From the NCBI GenBank assembly GCA_902778125.1, contig CACYWH010000002.1:68075-132074 (forward strand): DNA of 64,000 nt. The letters are read 5' to 3'. The notes beneath the pieces were generated by a model. That model was not told where the DNA came from and ran no database searches. It saw only the letters and a program-made list of their open reading frames with translations. Source of the stretch: an uncultured Erysipelotrichaceae bacterium. Its GTDB lineage: Bacteria > Bacillota_I > Bacilli_A > RF39 > UBA660. Of this stretch, positions 39,016-50,223 are shown in pieces (the first letter of the stretch is position 1; each line of letters starts with the position of its first letter). The translations under genes and the position numbers were made by a program.

Positions 39016-39615
39016 ATGTCAAGATATATCGGACCTGTTTTTAAAAAGTCTAGAAGATATAGTTTTTCAACTCTTGAAACTGGTAAAGAATTAAGACGTA
39101 AACAAGAAGCTCCAGGAATTCACGGTACTAGTAGAAAGAAACTTAGTGAATATGGCGTTCAATTACATGAAAAACAAAAAGTTAGATTCTTATATGGACT
39201 TTCTGAAAAACAATTTAGAAAAACATTTGAAGCAGCTGGTAAAATGCAAGGTATTCACGGACTTAATTTCTTACTACTTCTTGAAAGTAGACTTGATAAT
39301 TTAGTTTATCGTGCTGGATTTGCTAAAACTAGAAGAGCTGCTAGACAATTAGTTAATCACGGACATATCTTAGTTGATGGTAAGAAAGTTGATATTCCAT
39401 CATTCAGAGTTAAAGTTGGAAGTGTTGTATCAGTAAAAGAAGCTTCTTTAAATCATCCAGTTATTAATGAATGTACTAACATGGATATTAAAGTTCCAGC
39501 ATTCTTAAATGTTGATAAAGCTAAAAAATCTTTCACTTATGTAAGATATCCAGAACGTGAAGAATTAAATTCAGAAGTAAATGAAGCATTAATTGTAGAA
39601 TTTTACAACAGATAA
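39016..39615 (+). CDS. rpsD: 30S ribosomal protein S4
   Basis: [14 protein letters not shown]..., S4 RNA-binding domain. RBS GAAGGAGGAAC. Confidence 0.9.
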   Translation: MSRYIGPVFKKSRRYSFSTLETGKELRRKQEAPGIHGTSRKKLSEYGVQLHEKQKVRFLYGLSEKQFRKTFEAAGKMQGIHGLNFLLLLESRLDNLVYRAGFAKTRRAARQLVNHGHILVDGKKVDIPSFRVKVGSVVSVKEASLNHPVINECTNMDIKVPAFLNVDKAKKSFTYVRYPEREELNSEVNEALIVEFYNR

Positions 39616-39621
39616 TAAAAG

Positions 39622-39648
39622 TCATCTATATGATGACTTTTTTATTTA
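39622..39648 (+). terminator. rpsD rho-independent terminator
   Basis: AAAGTCATCtatatGATGACTTTTTT. Confidence 0.75.
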
Positions 39649-39695
39649 TAGATAAATATATGATATAATGTTAATATAATTATATAGGTGAAATT

Positions 39696-40937
39696 ATGAA
39701 AGACAAAGACTGGATAAAATTAGACAATGCTGCTTTAATATACCCTGCTACTCTAACAAGAAAACTTGCATCTATGTTTAGATTGACTATTACATTTTCT
39801 GAAAATATAGATACAATTGTATTAAAAGAAGCAATAAAGTATATTATGCAAAGATTTCCAACCTTTAATTACACATTAAAAGAAGGATTTTTTTGGTGTT
39901 ATTTAAATAAAATAGATAAAGTTCCAAGAATTGAAGAAGATGCGCAAAATCCTATGATTAGAAAAGACTTTGATAAAAAATTTATGTTTAGAATTAGAGT
40001 GTTTAAAAATAGACTCGCAATAGAATATTTCCATGCATTAACAGACGGAACTGGAGCGCTAACTTTTATTTTAACTTTATCTGGTGAATATTTGAAAAGA
40101 AAATATAATACTAAAATATCTTATAATAAATATGCATTAAATCCTAAAGATAAACCGACTGAAGATGAAACATCAGATAGTTTTTTAAAATTTTCAAGAA
40201 ATGCTGGAGCTCTTGAGCACGAAAAAAGAGCTTATCATATAAAAGGTAATAATGAAAAAGACAATATTATTAATATTATAACTGGAAAGATAAATATAAA
40301 TGATATAAAAAACATTTCTAAAAAATATGACTCTAATATTACTGAATTTATAACTTCTATGCTTATTTTTTCTGTAATGCAAATGGCTCATACAAAAAAA
40401 GAAATAAAAGTTTCTGTTCCAGTAAACCTTAGAAATTATTATGATACAAGAACACTAAGAAATTTTTCTTCTTACGTGAATGTAGGAATTACACCAGATG
40501 AAAATTATACACTTGGCGAAATTATAGATATTGTTAAATTACAATTAAAAGAAAAATTAAAAGAAAAAAAGATTAATGCTAAAATTAGTGGAAACGTAAA
40601 ATTAATGAAAAATCATATTATTAGAAGAATACCAATGTTTATAAAAAAACATATAATGTCTATAATTGAAGCAAAAATGGGAGATGGATATATCACAACC
40701 ACTTTTTCTAACTTAGGTTTAGTAGAATTGCCTATCCAAATGAGTAAATATATCACTGATATGAACTTTATAATAGGAAAATCTAGAGGTAAATCAGGAT
40801 CTGTAAGTGCTATTGGATATAAAGATAATTTATATATAACATTTTCACGTAAAATAAAAGAAAGTGAATTTGAAAGAATATTTTTTACTAATTTATCAAA
40901 AATGGGACTTAATATAGAAATTGAAAGTAACAGGTGA
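39696..40937 (+). CDS. Condensation-domain-like (HxxxDG) acyltransferase superfamily protein
   Basis: 413 aa with EYFHALTDGTGALTF, the catalytic HHxxxDG signature shared by NRPS C domains, WS/DGAT and CAT-like acyltransferases. No carrier or adenylation domain nearby. Confidence 0.55.
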   Translation: MKDKDWIKLDNAALIYPATLTRKLASMFRLTITFSENIDTIVLKEAIKYIMQRFPTFNYTLKEGFFWCYLNKIDKVPRIEEDAQNPMIRKDFDKKFMFRIRVFKNRLAIEYFHALTDGTGALTFILTLSGEYLKRKYNTKISYNKYALNPKDKPTEDETSDSFLKFSRNAGALEHEKRAYHIKGNNEKDNIINIITGKININDIKNISKKYDSNITEFITSMLIFSVMQMAHTKKEIKVSVPVNLRNYYDTRTLRNFSSYVNVGITPDENYTLGEIIDIVKLQLKEKLKEKKINAKISGNVKLMKNHIIRRIPMFIKKHIMSIIEAKMGDGYITTTFSNLGLVELPIQMSKYITDMNFIIGKSRGKSGSVSAIGYKDNLYITFSRKIKESEFERIFFTNLSKMGLNIEIESNR

Positions 40938-41617
40938 AGAAAATGAAATGTAAAAATTGTAATGTGGAAGTTTCGTCTTATTTAAAAGAATGTCCTCTTT
41001 GTCATGAAAAATTAAATATTAATACCACAAAGGATAATCCATATAACTATGAAATAGAAAACTTTTCTAAAAGAGTAAACACGATATACTTTTCTAAAAT
41101 AATATTAAAAATATTAATATTTTCATCACTAATAATTCTTTTAATAAACTACTTAGTTAACAAAAGAATTAGTTGGTCTTTATATGTTTTATCTTCATCA
41201 ATATATTTATCATCTTTTTATACATTTATAATCTATACGAATAAAAAAATTGCTTTTATTATTAACAATATATGTTTAGAATTATTATTATTCACTATCT
41301 CATATCTAACACATAATATTAGTTGGTTCCTATATTTAGTAGGACCTATAATATTAATATTAACATTATTTATCTATATTAATGTATATTTAACAAAATA
41401 TAATAACGTACTTAGAAATTTTTCAATACTTCTCACATATTTATCTATATCATTAGTCATTCTTAATATATTAATAAAATTATATAAAATAAACACTATA
41501 CAAATAACATGGTCTTTATATACAACTATTATTTTATTACCTATTTGTATTATCTGTTTTATACTTTCTTTTAACAAAAAAATTGAAAATGAAATAGAAA
41601 AAAGATTCTTTATTTAG
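40934..41617 (+). CDS. Membrane protein with N-terminal zinc ribbon
   Basis: CKNCNVEV...CPLCHE, then about 5 TM helices. Start overlaps the upstream stop (ATGA). Confidence 0.45.
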   Translation: MKKMKCKNCNVEVSSYLKECPLCHEKLNINTTKDNPYNYEIENFSKRVNTIYFSKIILKILIFSSLIILLINYLVNKRISWSLYVLSSSIYLSSFYTFIIYTNKKIAFIINNICLELLLFTISYLTHNISWFLYLVGPIILILTLFIYINVYLTKYNNVLRNFSILLTYLSISLVILNILIKLYKINTIQITWSLYTTIILLPICIICFILSFNKKIENEIEKRFFI

Positions 41618-42491
41618 AATCTTTTTTATTTAATATATCATTTATATCAACTACACCATTTTGTTTTTTATATGCAATAAAAGTATTTTTAAGAAGCATA
41701 GCAACTGTCATAGGGCCAACACCACCTGGTACAGGAGTTATCATAGAACAATAATCATATACATTAGGATTAACATCGCCATATATTTTATTATCTTCCC
41801 TACTAATACCAACATCAATGATAATTGAATCCTTTTTAATCATAGATTTATCAATTAGATATTTTTTGCCTACAGCTACAACTAATATATCAGCATCCTT
41901 AGTATAACTTGATAAGTTTTTGGTTTTAGAATGACATATTGTTACAGTAGCATTATTATTTAAACATTCTATTAATAAAGGTTTTGATACCAAATTACTT
42001 CTTCCAACTATAACAACATGTTTACCTTCTAATTCAATATTATAATACTTAAATATTTCCATTATTCCCTTAGGCGTACATGGCACTAAAGAATCTTCCT
42101 TATTTATTAATTTCCCTTGTGAAATATTTGTAAGACCATCCACATCTTTTAATGGATCAATGGTATTAATTATTATATTTTTATTAAACTTTGAAGGAAT
42201 AGGAAGTTGTAATATAATTCCATTGACATTTTTATCTTTGTTTAATTGTTTTATTTTTTTTATAATTTTAGTTTCATCTTCATTTTCGCTAAAATTGAAA
42301 TGTAAGAAACTCATTCCTACATATTCACAAGCCTTTTTCTTATTATTAACATATATTTTACTGGCTTCATCATTTCCAATCGTTATAACGGCTAAAATAG
42401 GTGTTTGAACATATGCATCCATTTCATTTTTTAATTCATCTTTTATTTTAGCACTTAGTCCTTTACCATCTAGTAATATCATTTTATTCAC
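41610..42491 (-). CDS. folD: Bifunctional methylenetetrahydrofolate dehydrogenase/cyclohydrolase
   Basis: Conserved folD blocks VVIVGRSNLVSKP and TPVPGGVGPMTVAML. Confidence 0.9.
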   Translation of the reverse strand: MNKMILLDGKGLSAKIKDELKNEMDAYVQTPILAVITIGNDEASKIYVNNKKKACEYVGMSFLHFNFSENEDETKIIKKIKQLNKDKNVNGIILQLPIPSKFNKNIIINTIDPLKDVDGLTNISQGKLINKEDSLVPCTPKGIMEIFKYYNIELEGKHVVIVGRSNLVSKPLLIECLNNNATVTICHSKTKNLSSYTKDADILVVAVGKKYLIDKSMIKKDSIIIDVGISREDNKIYGDVNPNVYDYCSMITPVPGGVGPMTVAMLLKNTFIAYKKQNGVVDINDILNKKDSK

Positions 42492-43059
42492 CTTCTTTAA
42501 ATCTTATAGTATTAATAACTATATCTTTTAAAGGTTTGTCTTCACTATCAGTATCAACAACAGCTATTTTGTCAACTATATCCATACCTGATGTTACTTT
42601 TCCAAAGGCAGCATATTTGCCATCTAAATAAGTAGAATCAGCTTGAACAATAAAGAATTGACTTGATGCTGAATTCATAGTTTCCTCTGTATCAGGGTTG
42701 GCCCCACGCCTTGCCATTGAAACAACACCTCTTGTATGTGATAGTCTATTCTTAAAACCATTTAGTTCAAATTCTCCCTTAATAGTTTCTTCACTTCCGC
42801 CCATTCCAGTACCAGTGGGATCTCCAGTTTGAATCATAAATTCATTTATTACTCTATGAAATATCATTCCATCATAATAGTTTTGACTTACTAATTTTTT
42901 AAAATTAGCTACACTTTTAGGTGCAATATCTGGATATAATTCAATTACTATTTTTCCATAATCTTTAACATCAATTTCAACAATATTATTTGAATTACCA
43001 CATGAACATAACATAAATACAAAAAGAGCAACTACACATACTTTTAAAAATTTTTTCAT
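42484..43059 (-). CDS. Cyclophilin-type peptidyl-prolyl isomerase lipoprotein
   Basis: Lipobox MLCSCG. Cyclophilin core FHRVINEFMIQTGDP and SMARRG. Confidence 0.8.
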   Translation of the reverse strand: MKKFLKVCVVALFVFMLCSCGNSNNIVEIDVKDYGKIVIELYPDIAPKSVANFKKLVSQNYYDGMIFHRVINEFMIQTGDPTGTGMGGSEETIKGEFELNGFKNRLSHTRGVVSMARRGANPDTEETMNSASSQFFIVQADSTYLDGKYAAFGKVTSGMDIVDKIAVVDTDSEDKPLKDIVINTIRFKEGE

Positions 43060-43172
43060 ATTATCACACTCCATTATTTATTCTATCACATATAACTTTT
43101 TTATTACAATAAATATTCTTTAGATAATATCATTAGATACTTTTATTTAAATTACTACAAAAAAAAGAATAC

Positions 43173-43787
43173 TTATATATTAGTATTCTTTATAGCTTCT
43201 ATCATTTCATATATTTTTGGATTGTTATCTTTAGACGATAACTTAATATTTTCATATTTCTTTAATAAATAATTTAAATATTCTTTATATAATTGCTTAT
43301 CAATATGATTTAAACCTAATAATAATTCTTTTTTAGTATATTGCCTATTTCCTTCTATGAATTTTATTAAGTTATAGTATTTATCATTTTCATAAATAAT
43401 CAATTCAGAATCTACCTTATAATTTAAAGTATTCATCTTTTCTCTTAAAATATCATGATAGTTGTTAGATATTGTTATTATCTTTTTAAATCTAAGTTTA
43501 GTGTTATTTAATATTTCTAAAATGGTATGAGTACCCATACCTGCTAAAACAAGAGTGTCAGCTTCCTCTTCTTTAATATTTGAAAGTCCATTAGATACTC
43601 TTAAATCTATTAAAGGACTATCAATACTTTTTTTTGCTCTATTTATTACATTTTCACTTATATCACATGCTATAGAAGACTGATTTCTATTTGCCAGCAT
43701 CAAACTTAATTTTGCTTGATCGCACCCAACATCTACTACATTATCATTAATATCAATAAGTGAATATAAAGCTTCAATTCTATTCAA
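43173..43787 (-). CDS. trmK: tRNA (adenine22-N1)-methyltransferase TrmK
   Basis: SAM fold [10 protein letters not shown]. Conserved dnaG-sigA-trmK synteny as in B. subtilis (yqfN). Confidence 0.7.
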   Translation of the reverse strand: MNRIEALYSLIDINDNVVDVGCDQAKLSLMLANRNQSSIACDISENVINRAKKSIDSPLIDLRVSNGLSNIKEEEADTLVLAGMGTHTILEILNNTKLRFKKIITISNNYHDILREKMNTLNYKVDSELIIYENDKYYNLIKFIEGNRQYTKKELLLGLNHIDKQLYKEYLNYLLKKYENIKLSSKDNNPKIYEMIEAIKNTNI

Positions 43788-44871
43788 TTAAGAAATCTCT
43801 TAATTTTTTAGCTCTAGATGGGTGTCTTAATTTTCTAAGAGCTTTTGCTTCAATTTGTCTAATTCTTTCACGTGTTACTTTAAATTGTTTTCCAACTTCT
43901 TCTAAAGTATGAGAAGATCCATCAAAAAGTCCAAATCTTAATTCTAATACTTCTTTCTCACGAACTGTTAATGTACTAAGTACTTCACGAAGTTCATCTT
44001 TAAGTATTTCATAATTAGCAAATTCTTCTGGTGACATAGTTCTTTCATCAGCAAGAAAATCTCCTAAATGGGAATCATCTTCTTCACCAATAGGTGTTTC
44101 TAAAGATACAGGGTCTTGACTTATTTTTCTTATTTCAGCTATTTTTTCAACTGATAATCCCATTTTCTTAGACAATTCTTGGTCTGTTGGTTCACGATTT
44201 AATTCTAATGTCATTTGACGTTCAATTCTTGCCATTTTATTAATAGTTTCAACCATATGAACTGGAACTCTTATAGTTCTTGCTTGGTCTGCTAAAGCAC
44301 GAGTAATTGCTTGTCTAATCCACCATGTCGCATATGTAGAGAATTTATAACCTTTATCATAATCAAACTTTTCTACTGCTTTCATAAGACCTATATTTCC
44401 TTCTTGAATTAAATCTAAGAATAATAATCCACGTCCTACATATCTCTTAGCAATAGAAACAACAAGTCTTAAATTAGATTCTGCTAAAATATTTTTAGCT
44501 TTTTCATCACCTGCTGCTACTCTTTTAGATAATTCTTGTTCTTCTTCCATTGATAACAAACTAATTTTACCAATTTCTTTTAAGTACATTCTAACATTAT
44601 CATTTACAGACATATCCTTACTTTCATCTGGAACATCATCAATTATAATGTCATCATTTAAATTTATTTCTCCACCTGATTCATCATCTTCTGTTCTAAC
44701 TTCAATATTATTTTCTGTAAGAGCATTATATAATTCATCTAAAGCATTAGCATCTAAATCTAAATCAATTGTTTTCTTTGCAATTTGCTCATAAGTTAGA
44801 TATCCTTGTTCTTTTCCTTCTTTTACTAATTCTTTTAATCTTTCATCGAAACTTTTAATATTGTTTACCAT
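43780..44871 (-). CDS. sigA: Primary sigma factor SigA/RpoD
   Basis: Regions 1.2-4.2 including the rpoD box and region 4.2 [28 protein letters not shown]. Confidence 0.9.
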   Translation of the reverse strand: MVNNIKSFDERLKELVKEGKEQGYLTYEQIAKKTIDLDLDANALDELYNALTENNIEVRTEDDESGGEINLNDDIIIDDVPDESKDMSVNDNVRMYLKEIGKISLLSMEEEQELSKRVAAGDEKAKNILAESNLRLVVSIAKRYVGRGLLFLDLIQEGNIGLMKAVEKFDYDKGYKFSTYATWWIRQAITRALADQARTIRVPVHMVETINKMARIERQMTLELNREPTDQELSKKMGLSVEKIAEIRKISQDPVSLETPIGEEDDSHLGDFLADERTMSPEEFANYEILKDELREVLSTLTVREKEVLELRFGLFDGSSHTLEEVGKQFKVTRERIRQIEAKALRKLRHPSRAKKLRDFLIE

Positions 44872-46607
44872 TTTAACACTTCCTTATTTATATTTTCTAT
44901 TTTCTTTGCTATCTCTATTTTTTTATTAATATCTAATGTTTCTTTCATTTCTTGCTTTAAAGCACTAATCCTTTTTTTAACTGAAAACTCTTTTATTGTA
45001 TTAATACAACTTTCAAGTTCTTCTTGAGTATACTCTTTTTCATTATGAAATGCCATAACCCCATTTAATGTTGACATTAATTTTTCATCTTCAACTATAT
45101 AATCAAGAAAATCAAAATAATTAAATTCACCATGTTCATTTCTATATTCAATTATTTTATATGCTAAATTAGACATATTTTCATGTAATAAATAACCAAG
45201 TGAATTTTCGAAATATAGTATAACATCATCATAATTCAGCATCAAGTATAAAATTCTAATTTCACTAATATCATATTTGTTATATTTTTTAGCCTTTATT
45301 TCCTTTTTCTCATTTTTTTCTTCTTTTAATACTTTCTTTACAATTTTATTCCTTATTATTGATTCATCTATATCAAATTCATGAGCTATTTCTTTTATTT
45401 TTAGTTCACGTAATATATCATCTTGTACTTGATTTAATGACTCTATTGCTTCATTTATATACTTACTAATTTCAACAGAATCTTTCATATTTTTATTTAA
45501 TTTCATATATCTTAATTTAAAATCAATGAAAGATATTCTATTATTAAATACAGTATCAAATGCTTCTTTTCCTTTATTACTAATAAACTCATCGCTATCT
45601 TTATAATCATCAAAAACAACTACAGTTGGTTCAATATTATGTTTTTGAAGTTCATTGCCTATTTTAATTGTATTGTTTACACCAGCAGAATCCTGATCTA
45701 AATTCAAAACAACATCACATTTCCACTTAAGAATTTTATCAAGATGATCTTGTGTAAATGCAGTTCCCATTAATGCAACAACATTTTTATATCCTATACT
45801 AGACATCCTAATAGTATCCATAAATCCTTCTGTAATTACAATTTGATGAGATAACCTTATATTTGGAAGGGCATTATTAATGTTATAAAAAACATTGCTC
45901 TTTTTAAATATTTCGCTTTCTTTTGAGTTTGAATATTTAGCAAGTGTTTCATCTTTTAAATCATCACTTAAATATTTTCTTCCAGAAAATGCAATTATAT
46001 TATTATCTTCATCTATAATTGGGAATATTATTCTATTTTGAAATGTATCATATATTTTATCATTTAATTCTCTAACAAGACCTAATTTTAATAAATCTGA
46101 TAGTTCATATTTATTCATTAACATACTATTAAGTTTATTACTAGTAGAAAGACCAATATTAAATTCTTGAATTAACTCTTTATCCAGTTTTCTATCAGTT
46201 AAATACTTCATCGCAGTTTTTCCAGATGTTGATAATAAATTATTTTTAAAATACTTATTAACTATATCATTTATTTCATAATACTTTTTATATTTATTTT
46301 CTTTTGGCTTTACTTTTGAATCAATTATTATCCCACTTCTTTGAGCTAACAATTTAATAGCGTCAATTCTTGATATACCCTCTTTTTTTTCAACAAATGT
46401 GAATATGTCTCCAGTCATATTGCATTTACCAAAACATGTCCATATTTGTTTTTCCGGATGCACACTAAAAGAAGGAGTTTTCTCAGAATGAAATGGACAT
46501 AAGGCTTTATTTCTACTATCCAAATCCACACCATAATATCTAAGAACATCTTCCACTCTATTTTTAGATTTAATTTCTGCTATTAATTCAGGATTAATTG
46601 ATGCCAT
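44865..46607 (-). CDS. dnaG: DNA primase
   Basis: Zinc-binding [13 protein letters not shown]...C..C. TOPRIM domain. 7-nt overlap with sigA. Confidence 0.9.
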   Translation of the reverse strand: MASINPELIAEIKSKNRVEDVLRYYGVDLDSRNKALCPFHSEKTPSFSVHPEKQIWTCFGKCNMTGDIFTFVEKKEGISRIDAIKLLAQRSGIIIDSKVKPKENKYKKYYEINDIVNKYFKNNLLSTSGKTAMKYLTDRKLDKELIQEFNIGLSTSNKLNSMLMNKYELSDLLKLGLVRELNDKIYDTFQNRIIFPIIDEDNNIIAFSGRKYLSDDLKDETLAKYSNSKESEIFKKSNVFYNINNALPNIRLSHQIVITEGFMDTIRMSSIGYKNVVALMGTAFTQDHLDKILKWKCDVVLNLDQDSAGVNNTIKIGNELQKHNIEPTVVVFDDYKDSDEFISNKGKEAFDTVFNNRISFIDFKLRYMKLNKNMKDSVEISKYINEAIESLNQVQDDILRELKIKEIAHEFDIDESIIRNKIVKKVLKEEKNEKKEIKAKKYNKYDISEIRILYLMLNYDDVILYFENSLGYLLHENMSNLAYKIIEYRNEHGEFNYFDFLDYIVEDEKLMSTLNGVMAFHNEKEYTQEELESCINTIKEFSVKKRISALKQEMKETLDINKKIEIAKKIENINKEVLKW

Positions 46608-46733
46608 TTTTCCTCCTAATAATATATATACAAAAAAAATATCAAAAACACTTTTTTTTAAATTAATTTTTTACATATTATACCACCAATTTAAAATAAA
46701 ATAAAAGCTATTGATTTCTCAATAGCCTAAATT

Positions 46734-48122
46734 CTATTTTTTACTTATTACTACTTCTATCTTAATAGTTCTAGAAGAATATTTAAGTTTCAAATCACTA
46801 CCAGTTACTATTACAGGTACCTCATAAGTCCCAGTCTCTAAATTAGATAAATCAACATATGCCTTAATATCTTCAGCATTTAGTTTATTTAGAAGAGAAC
46901 TTACACCTTTTACAACTACATCAACTTTAGTATCAGATTCACTCTTAGCTAGTGCTCTAAACTTAGAAGTATCTAAATTTTCAAATTCTAATGGAATATT
47001 TTTAAACTCTTTAGAAGTTTCACCTTCCATCTTAACTTTTATAGTAATTGCAGTATCCGACATAGATCTTACACCATTAGGTTTAACAATTGTTTCTTGG
47101 AAAGATTTATCCTTACTCAATCCATTAACATCAATTCTAACTTTAATATCATCTATTGATTTTAATGCTTCTTCATCACCATAAAGTGTTACAGTACTTA
47201 CATTAGATGTAATAGAACTAATAGCACTACCACTGGCTACATCTCCAACAGGCACTACTTGTACAGGTACCACTTTACTTGGTGAAGATACAACAACTGT
47301 AGCAGTTACGCTTTCAGGAATTATTTCAACATCTTTAATTTCTGTACCCTTTTCATCATATGCTATTAACTTAACATTTTCTAATGTATAAGTTCCTGCA
47401 GTAGTAGCATTCAATGCATTTACATCAACTAGTGCTTTAACATTAGCAACTGTTTCTAATTTTTCTTTATAAGATTTAATAATTATTTCATCCTTATCAA
47501 GTTTTACAGAGCTAATAACTAAAGTACTATTTAACTTATCAGTATTTAATATATCAGTAGTAAGTGTTTTAGACTCACTTATCTTAGGATATATAACTAA
47601 TGTTACTCTTGATGGATCAACTTTATAATCTAATGTTTTAATTGGATTGTTGTATTTAATATTTATTTTATGTGTTCCTGCAGAATAATCTGTTAAATCT
47701 AATGTTAATTTATGATCTCCCAATTGTTCTGCTAAATATAAATCACTCTTACGTCCCATTAATACTATATCAGCACCTTCAGGTATACCTTCAACTACGA
47801 ATGCTTCCTCATTATACTCAGCAACAATTGGTTGATTAGATAATACAATTGCCTCTGTTTCTACTAAATTTATTATTTTTCTGTCAACTGCTAAAAACAT
47901 TGCAAATGCAAATATTAATGAAACATAAATTAATGTATTTGGTTTATTTAAGAACTTGTCTAAAGCACCATTTTTATTACCAAGTTTATCACTTATAAAG
48001 TATGCTGCCTTTGATAAAGGAGTTATTATCCCCACATCTATTACTTTATATAACCACTTAAATATAGTAGCAAAGAATTTGAATATAGCCTTAAATATCT
48101 TTTTCATTTTCTTCACCTTCAC
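46734..48122 (-). CDS. cdaR: YbbR-domain protein CdaR (c-di-AMP cyclase regulator)
   Basis: N-terminal TM segment plus repeated YbbR-like beta-rich domains. Overlaps cdaA. Terminator GCTATTGAgaaaTCAATAGC plus T-run downstream. Confidence 0.7.
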   Translation of the reverse strand: MKVKKMKKIFKAIFKFFATIFKWLYKVIDVGIITPLSKAAYFISDKLGNKNGALDKFLNKPNTLIYVSLIFAFAMFLAVDRKIINLVETEAIVLSNQPIVAEYNEEAFVVEGIPEGADIVLMGRKSDLYLAEQLGDHKLTLDLTDYSAGTHKINIKYNNPIKTLDYKVDPSRVTLVIYPKISESKTLTTDILNTDKLNSTLVISSVKLDKDEIIIKSYKEKLETVANVKALVDVNALNATTAGTYTLENVKLIAYDEKGTEIKDVEIIPESVTATVVVSSPSKVVPVQVVPVGDVASGSAISSITSNVSTVTLYGDEEALKSIDDIKVRIDVNGLSKDKSFQETIVKPNGVRSMSDTAITIKVKMEGETSKEFKNIPLEFENLDTSKFRALAKSESDTKVDVVVKGVSSLLNKLNAEDIKAYVDLSNLETGTYEVPVIVTGSDLKLKYSSRTIKIEVVISKK

Positions 48123-48921
48123 TTTCTTTTACATCTGCTTCATAGAAAGTTTCCTTCTTAGGCTGTAATGCATCTAACAACATAATTCTAACATCATCTA
48201 ATGTTAAATTATAATTTAATTCACTTTGCATTGCTATTGAAACTCTACCAGTTTCTTCACTAACGATTATTGATACACAATCAGATACCTCACTAATTCC
48301 AAGTGCTGCTCTATGACGTGTCCCAAGTCTTTTAGAAATATTTTGATTTGAACTTGTAGGGAATACACTACCAGCACAAGTAATCTTATTTCCTTGAATT
48401 ATAACACCACCATCATGAAGAGGATTATTCTTCCAAAAGATTGAAATTAATAATTCACTTGTAATATCCGCATATAATTTTGTAGCTGGTTCTATATATT
48501 CTGCTAAACTATAGTCTCTTTCCAAAACTATTAAAGCACCAATCTTATTCTTCTTTAAATAATCAAGTGCATTTATTATTTCATAAACCATCTTTTCTCT
48601 TTCATCAACTGTTAACGTTTTATGTCTACCTAATAATTGACTTCTTCCTATACTTTCAAGAGCATTTCTAATTTCAGGTTGAAAAATAATTATTAAAGCA
48701 AGTGGTCCATAAGAAACTGCATACTCCAAAATCATACCTATCGTATATAAATTTAAAAGTTCACTTATAAATTTAAGAGCAACTATAATAATTACACCTT
48801 TGAATATTAATGTTAATTTAAAATTATTTCTAGAATATTTTAATAATTGATAAAACAAGAACCATACTATTGCAATATCTAGTACACCAGATAATATTTT
48901 TAATAATACTGTACCTATCAT
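48091..48921 (-). CDS. cdaA: Diadenylate cyclase CdaA
   Basis: Three N-terminal TM helices. DAC domain with DGA-type motif HDGGVII and RHRAALG. Confidence 0.85.
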   Translation of the reverse strand: MIGTVLLKILSGVLDIAIVWFLFYQLLKYSRNNFKLTLIFKGVIIIVALKFISELLNLYTIGMILEYAVSYGPLALIIIFQPEIRNALESIGRSQLLGRHKTLTVDEREKMVYEIINALDYLKKNKIGALIVLERDYSLAEYIEPATKLYADITSELLISIFWKNNPLHDGGVIIQGNKITCAGSVFPTSSNQNISKRLGTRHRAALGISEVSDCVSIIVSEETGRVSIAMQSELNYNLTLDDVRIMLLDALQPKKETFYEADVKESEGEENEKDI

Positions 48922-48998
48922 ATTTCACTTCCTTATCTATTTAATAATTATACACTATTTATTAACTCTTTTCCATAAATTTAATGTGCATTTACATA

Positions 48999-49373
48999 TC
49001 ACTTATACCTATTAAATGGAATATTAAATATAAAATTATAAAAATATATAATACATTTTCTAAAACTATTATATTTTTTACTTAAATTTATATACTTATT
49101 ATATTTATTATTTTCATTATAATAGTAATCATAGATACTATAATCCAATTCTTTGCTTAATACAACATAATTTATTTTTTTATTTTTAAGTAAATCTTCT
49201 ATATTTTTTAAATACTTGCTGTTACACACAAGTACTCTTTTCTTTGATATCAAATTACTAATAAATTCTATAATTCTAACATCATCATCATAAATTCTAA
49301 TTGAACTACCAAACAATAATATTATTACACTACTACTATGTACTTCCTTTAACTTCATTAAAGTTTCTTCCAT
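48999..49373 (-). CDS. Hypothetical 124-aa protein
   Basis: ORF track only. Low-complexity Tyr/Asn-rich C-terminus. Confidence 0.3.
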   Translation of the reverse strand: MEETLMKLKEVHSSSVIILLFGSSIRIYDDDVRIIEFISNLISKKRVLVCNSKYLKNIEDLLKNKKINYVVLSKELDYSIYDYYYNENNKYNKYINLSKKYNSFRKCIIYFYNFIFNIPFNRYK

Positions 49374-49450
49374 ATTTCGTTCCTCTCAAATTAAAAAGAT
49401 TTACTGCATAAATAATTATACAATAAATCTTTTGATGAGTCCATATTAAA

Positions 49451-50212
49451 TTATTTTATATTAAACATACCTAGAATGTTCTCACCAGCATATGTAGTTG
49501 GTAATTTTCCATCCCATTTTTCAATGAATTGTTTTTCAATTAAATTATCTGTTAAACTTTGTTTCATTAAATCATTAGCCTTTTTAGTTGCTTCTGCTTC
49601 TACTAATTTTGCTTCTGCTTCCAATTTTGCTTTTTCTAATTTTTGTTCTGCTACTTGTTTTTCTTCAATTGCTTTTGTATATTCAGTACTAAAACTTAAA
49701 TTTGTAATATTAAAGTTATCAATTACTATTCCATATTTTTGTACTTTTGCTTGTAATTCTTCCATACATTTTTGAGAAACTTCACTTCTTTTAGTAATTA
49801 CCTCAGCAGCTGTATACTTAGCAATTGTTGCTTTAATACTCTCTTTAATAGCTGGATCTAATATAGTTGATTCATAATTATTACCAACTGTTTTATATAA
49901 ATATGTTGCTTTTTCACTTTCAATTCTATAGTTAACTGCTAAATCAGTTTCAATTGTTTGTAAATCTTTACTAGAACTTTCAGTTATAAGTTCTAATTTT
50001 TGAACTTTGATATTAACAACAACAATTTGTTCAATAAATGGTATTTTCAAGTTAAAACCTTCATCTAATTTAGTATTAACAATTTTACCAAATCTAACTT
50101 TTAAACCTACTTCACCACTTTTAATTGTTTGAAAACTACTTATTAAAACAAATAAGCAAAATACAGCAATTACGCCTATAATGGTAAATTTCTTAACATC
50201 ACGAGTTTTCAT
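49451..50212 (-). CDS. SPFH/band-7 (prohibitin/HflC-like) membrane protein
   Basis: N-terminal TM helix, PHB domain (GEVGLKVRFGKI...), C-terminal coiled coil and KWDGKLP tail. Likely start ATG 50212 with RBS GAGAGGA. Confidence 0.75.
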   Translation of the reverse strand: MKTRDVKKFTIIGVIAVFCLFVLISSFQTIKSGEVGLKVRFGKIVNTKLDEGFNLKIPFIEQIVVVNIKVQKLELITESSSKDLQTIETDLAVNYRIESEKATYLYKTVGNNYESTILDPAIKESIKATIAKYTAAEVITKRSEVSQKCMEELQAKVQKYGIVIDNFNITNLSFSTEYTKAIEEKQVAEQKLEKAKLEAEAKLVEAEATKKANDLMKQSLTDNLIEKQFIEKWDGKLPTTYAGENILGMFNIK

Positions 50213-50223
50213 ATTTAATCCTC

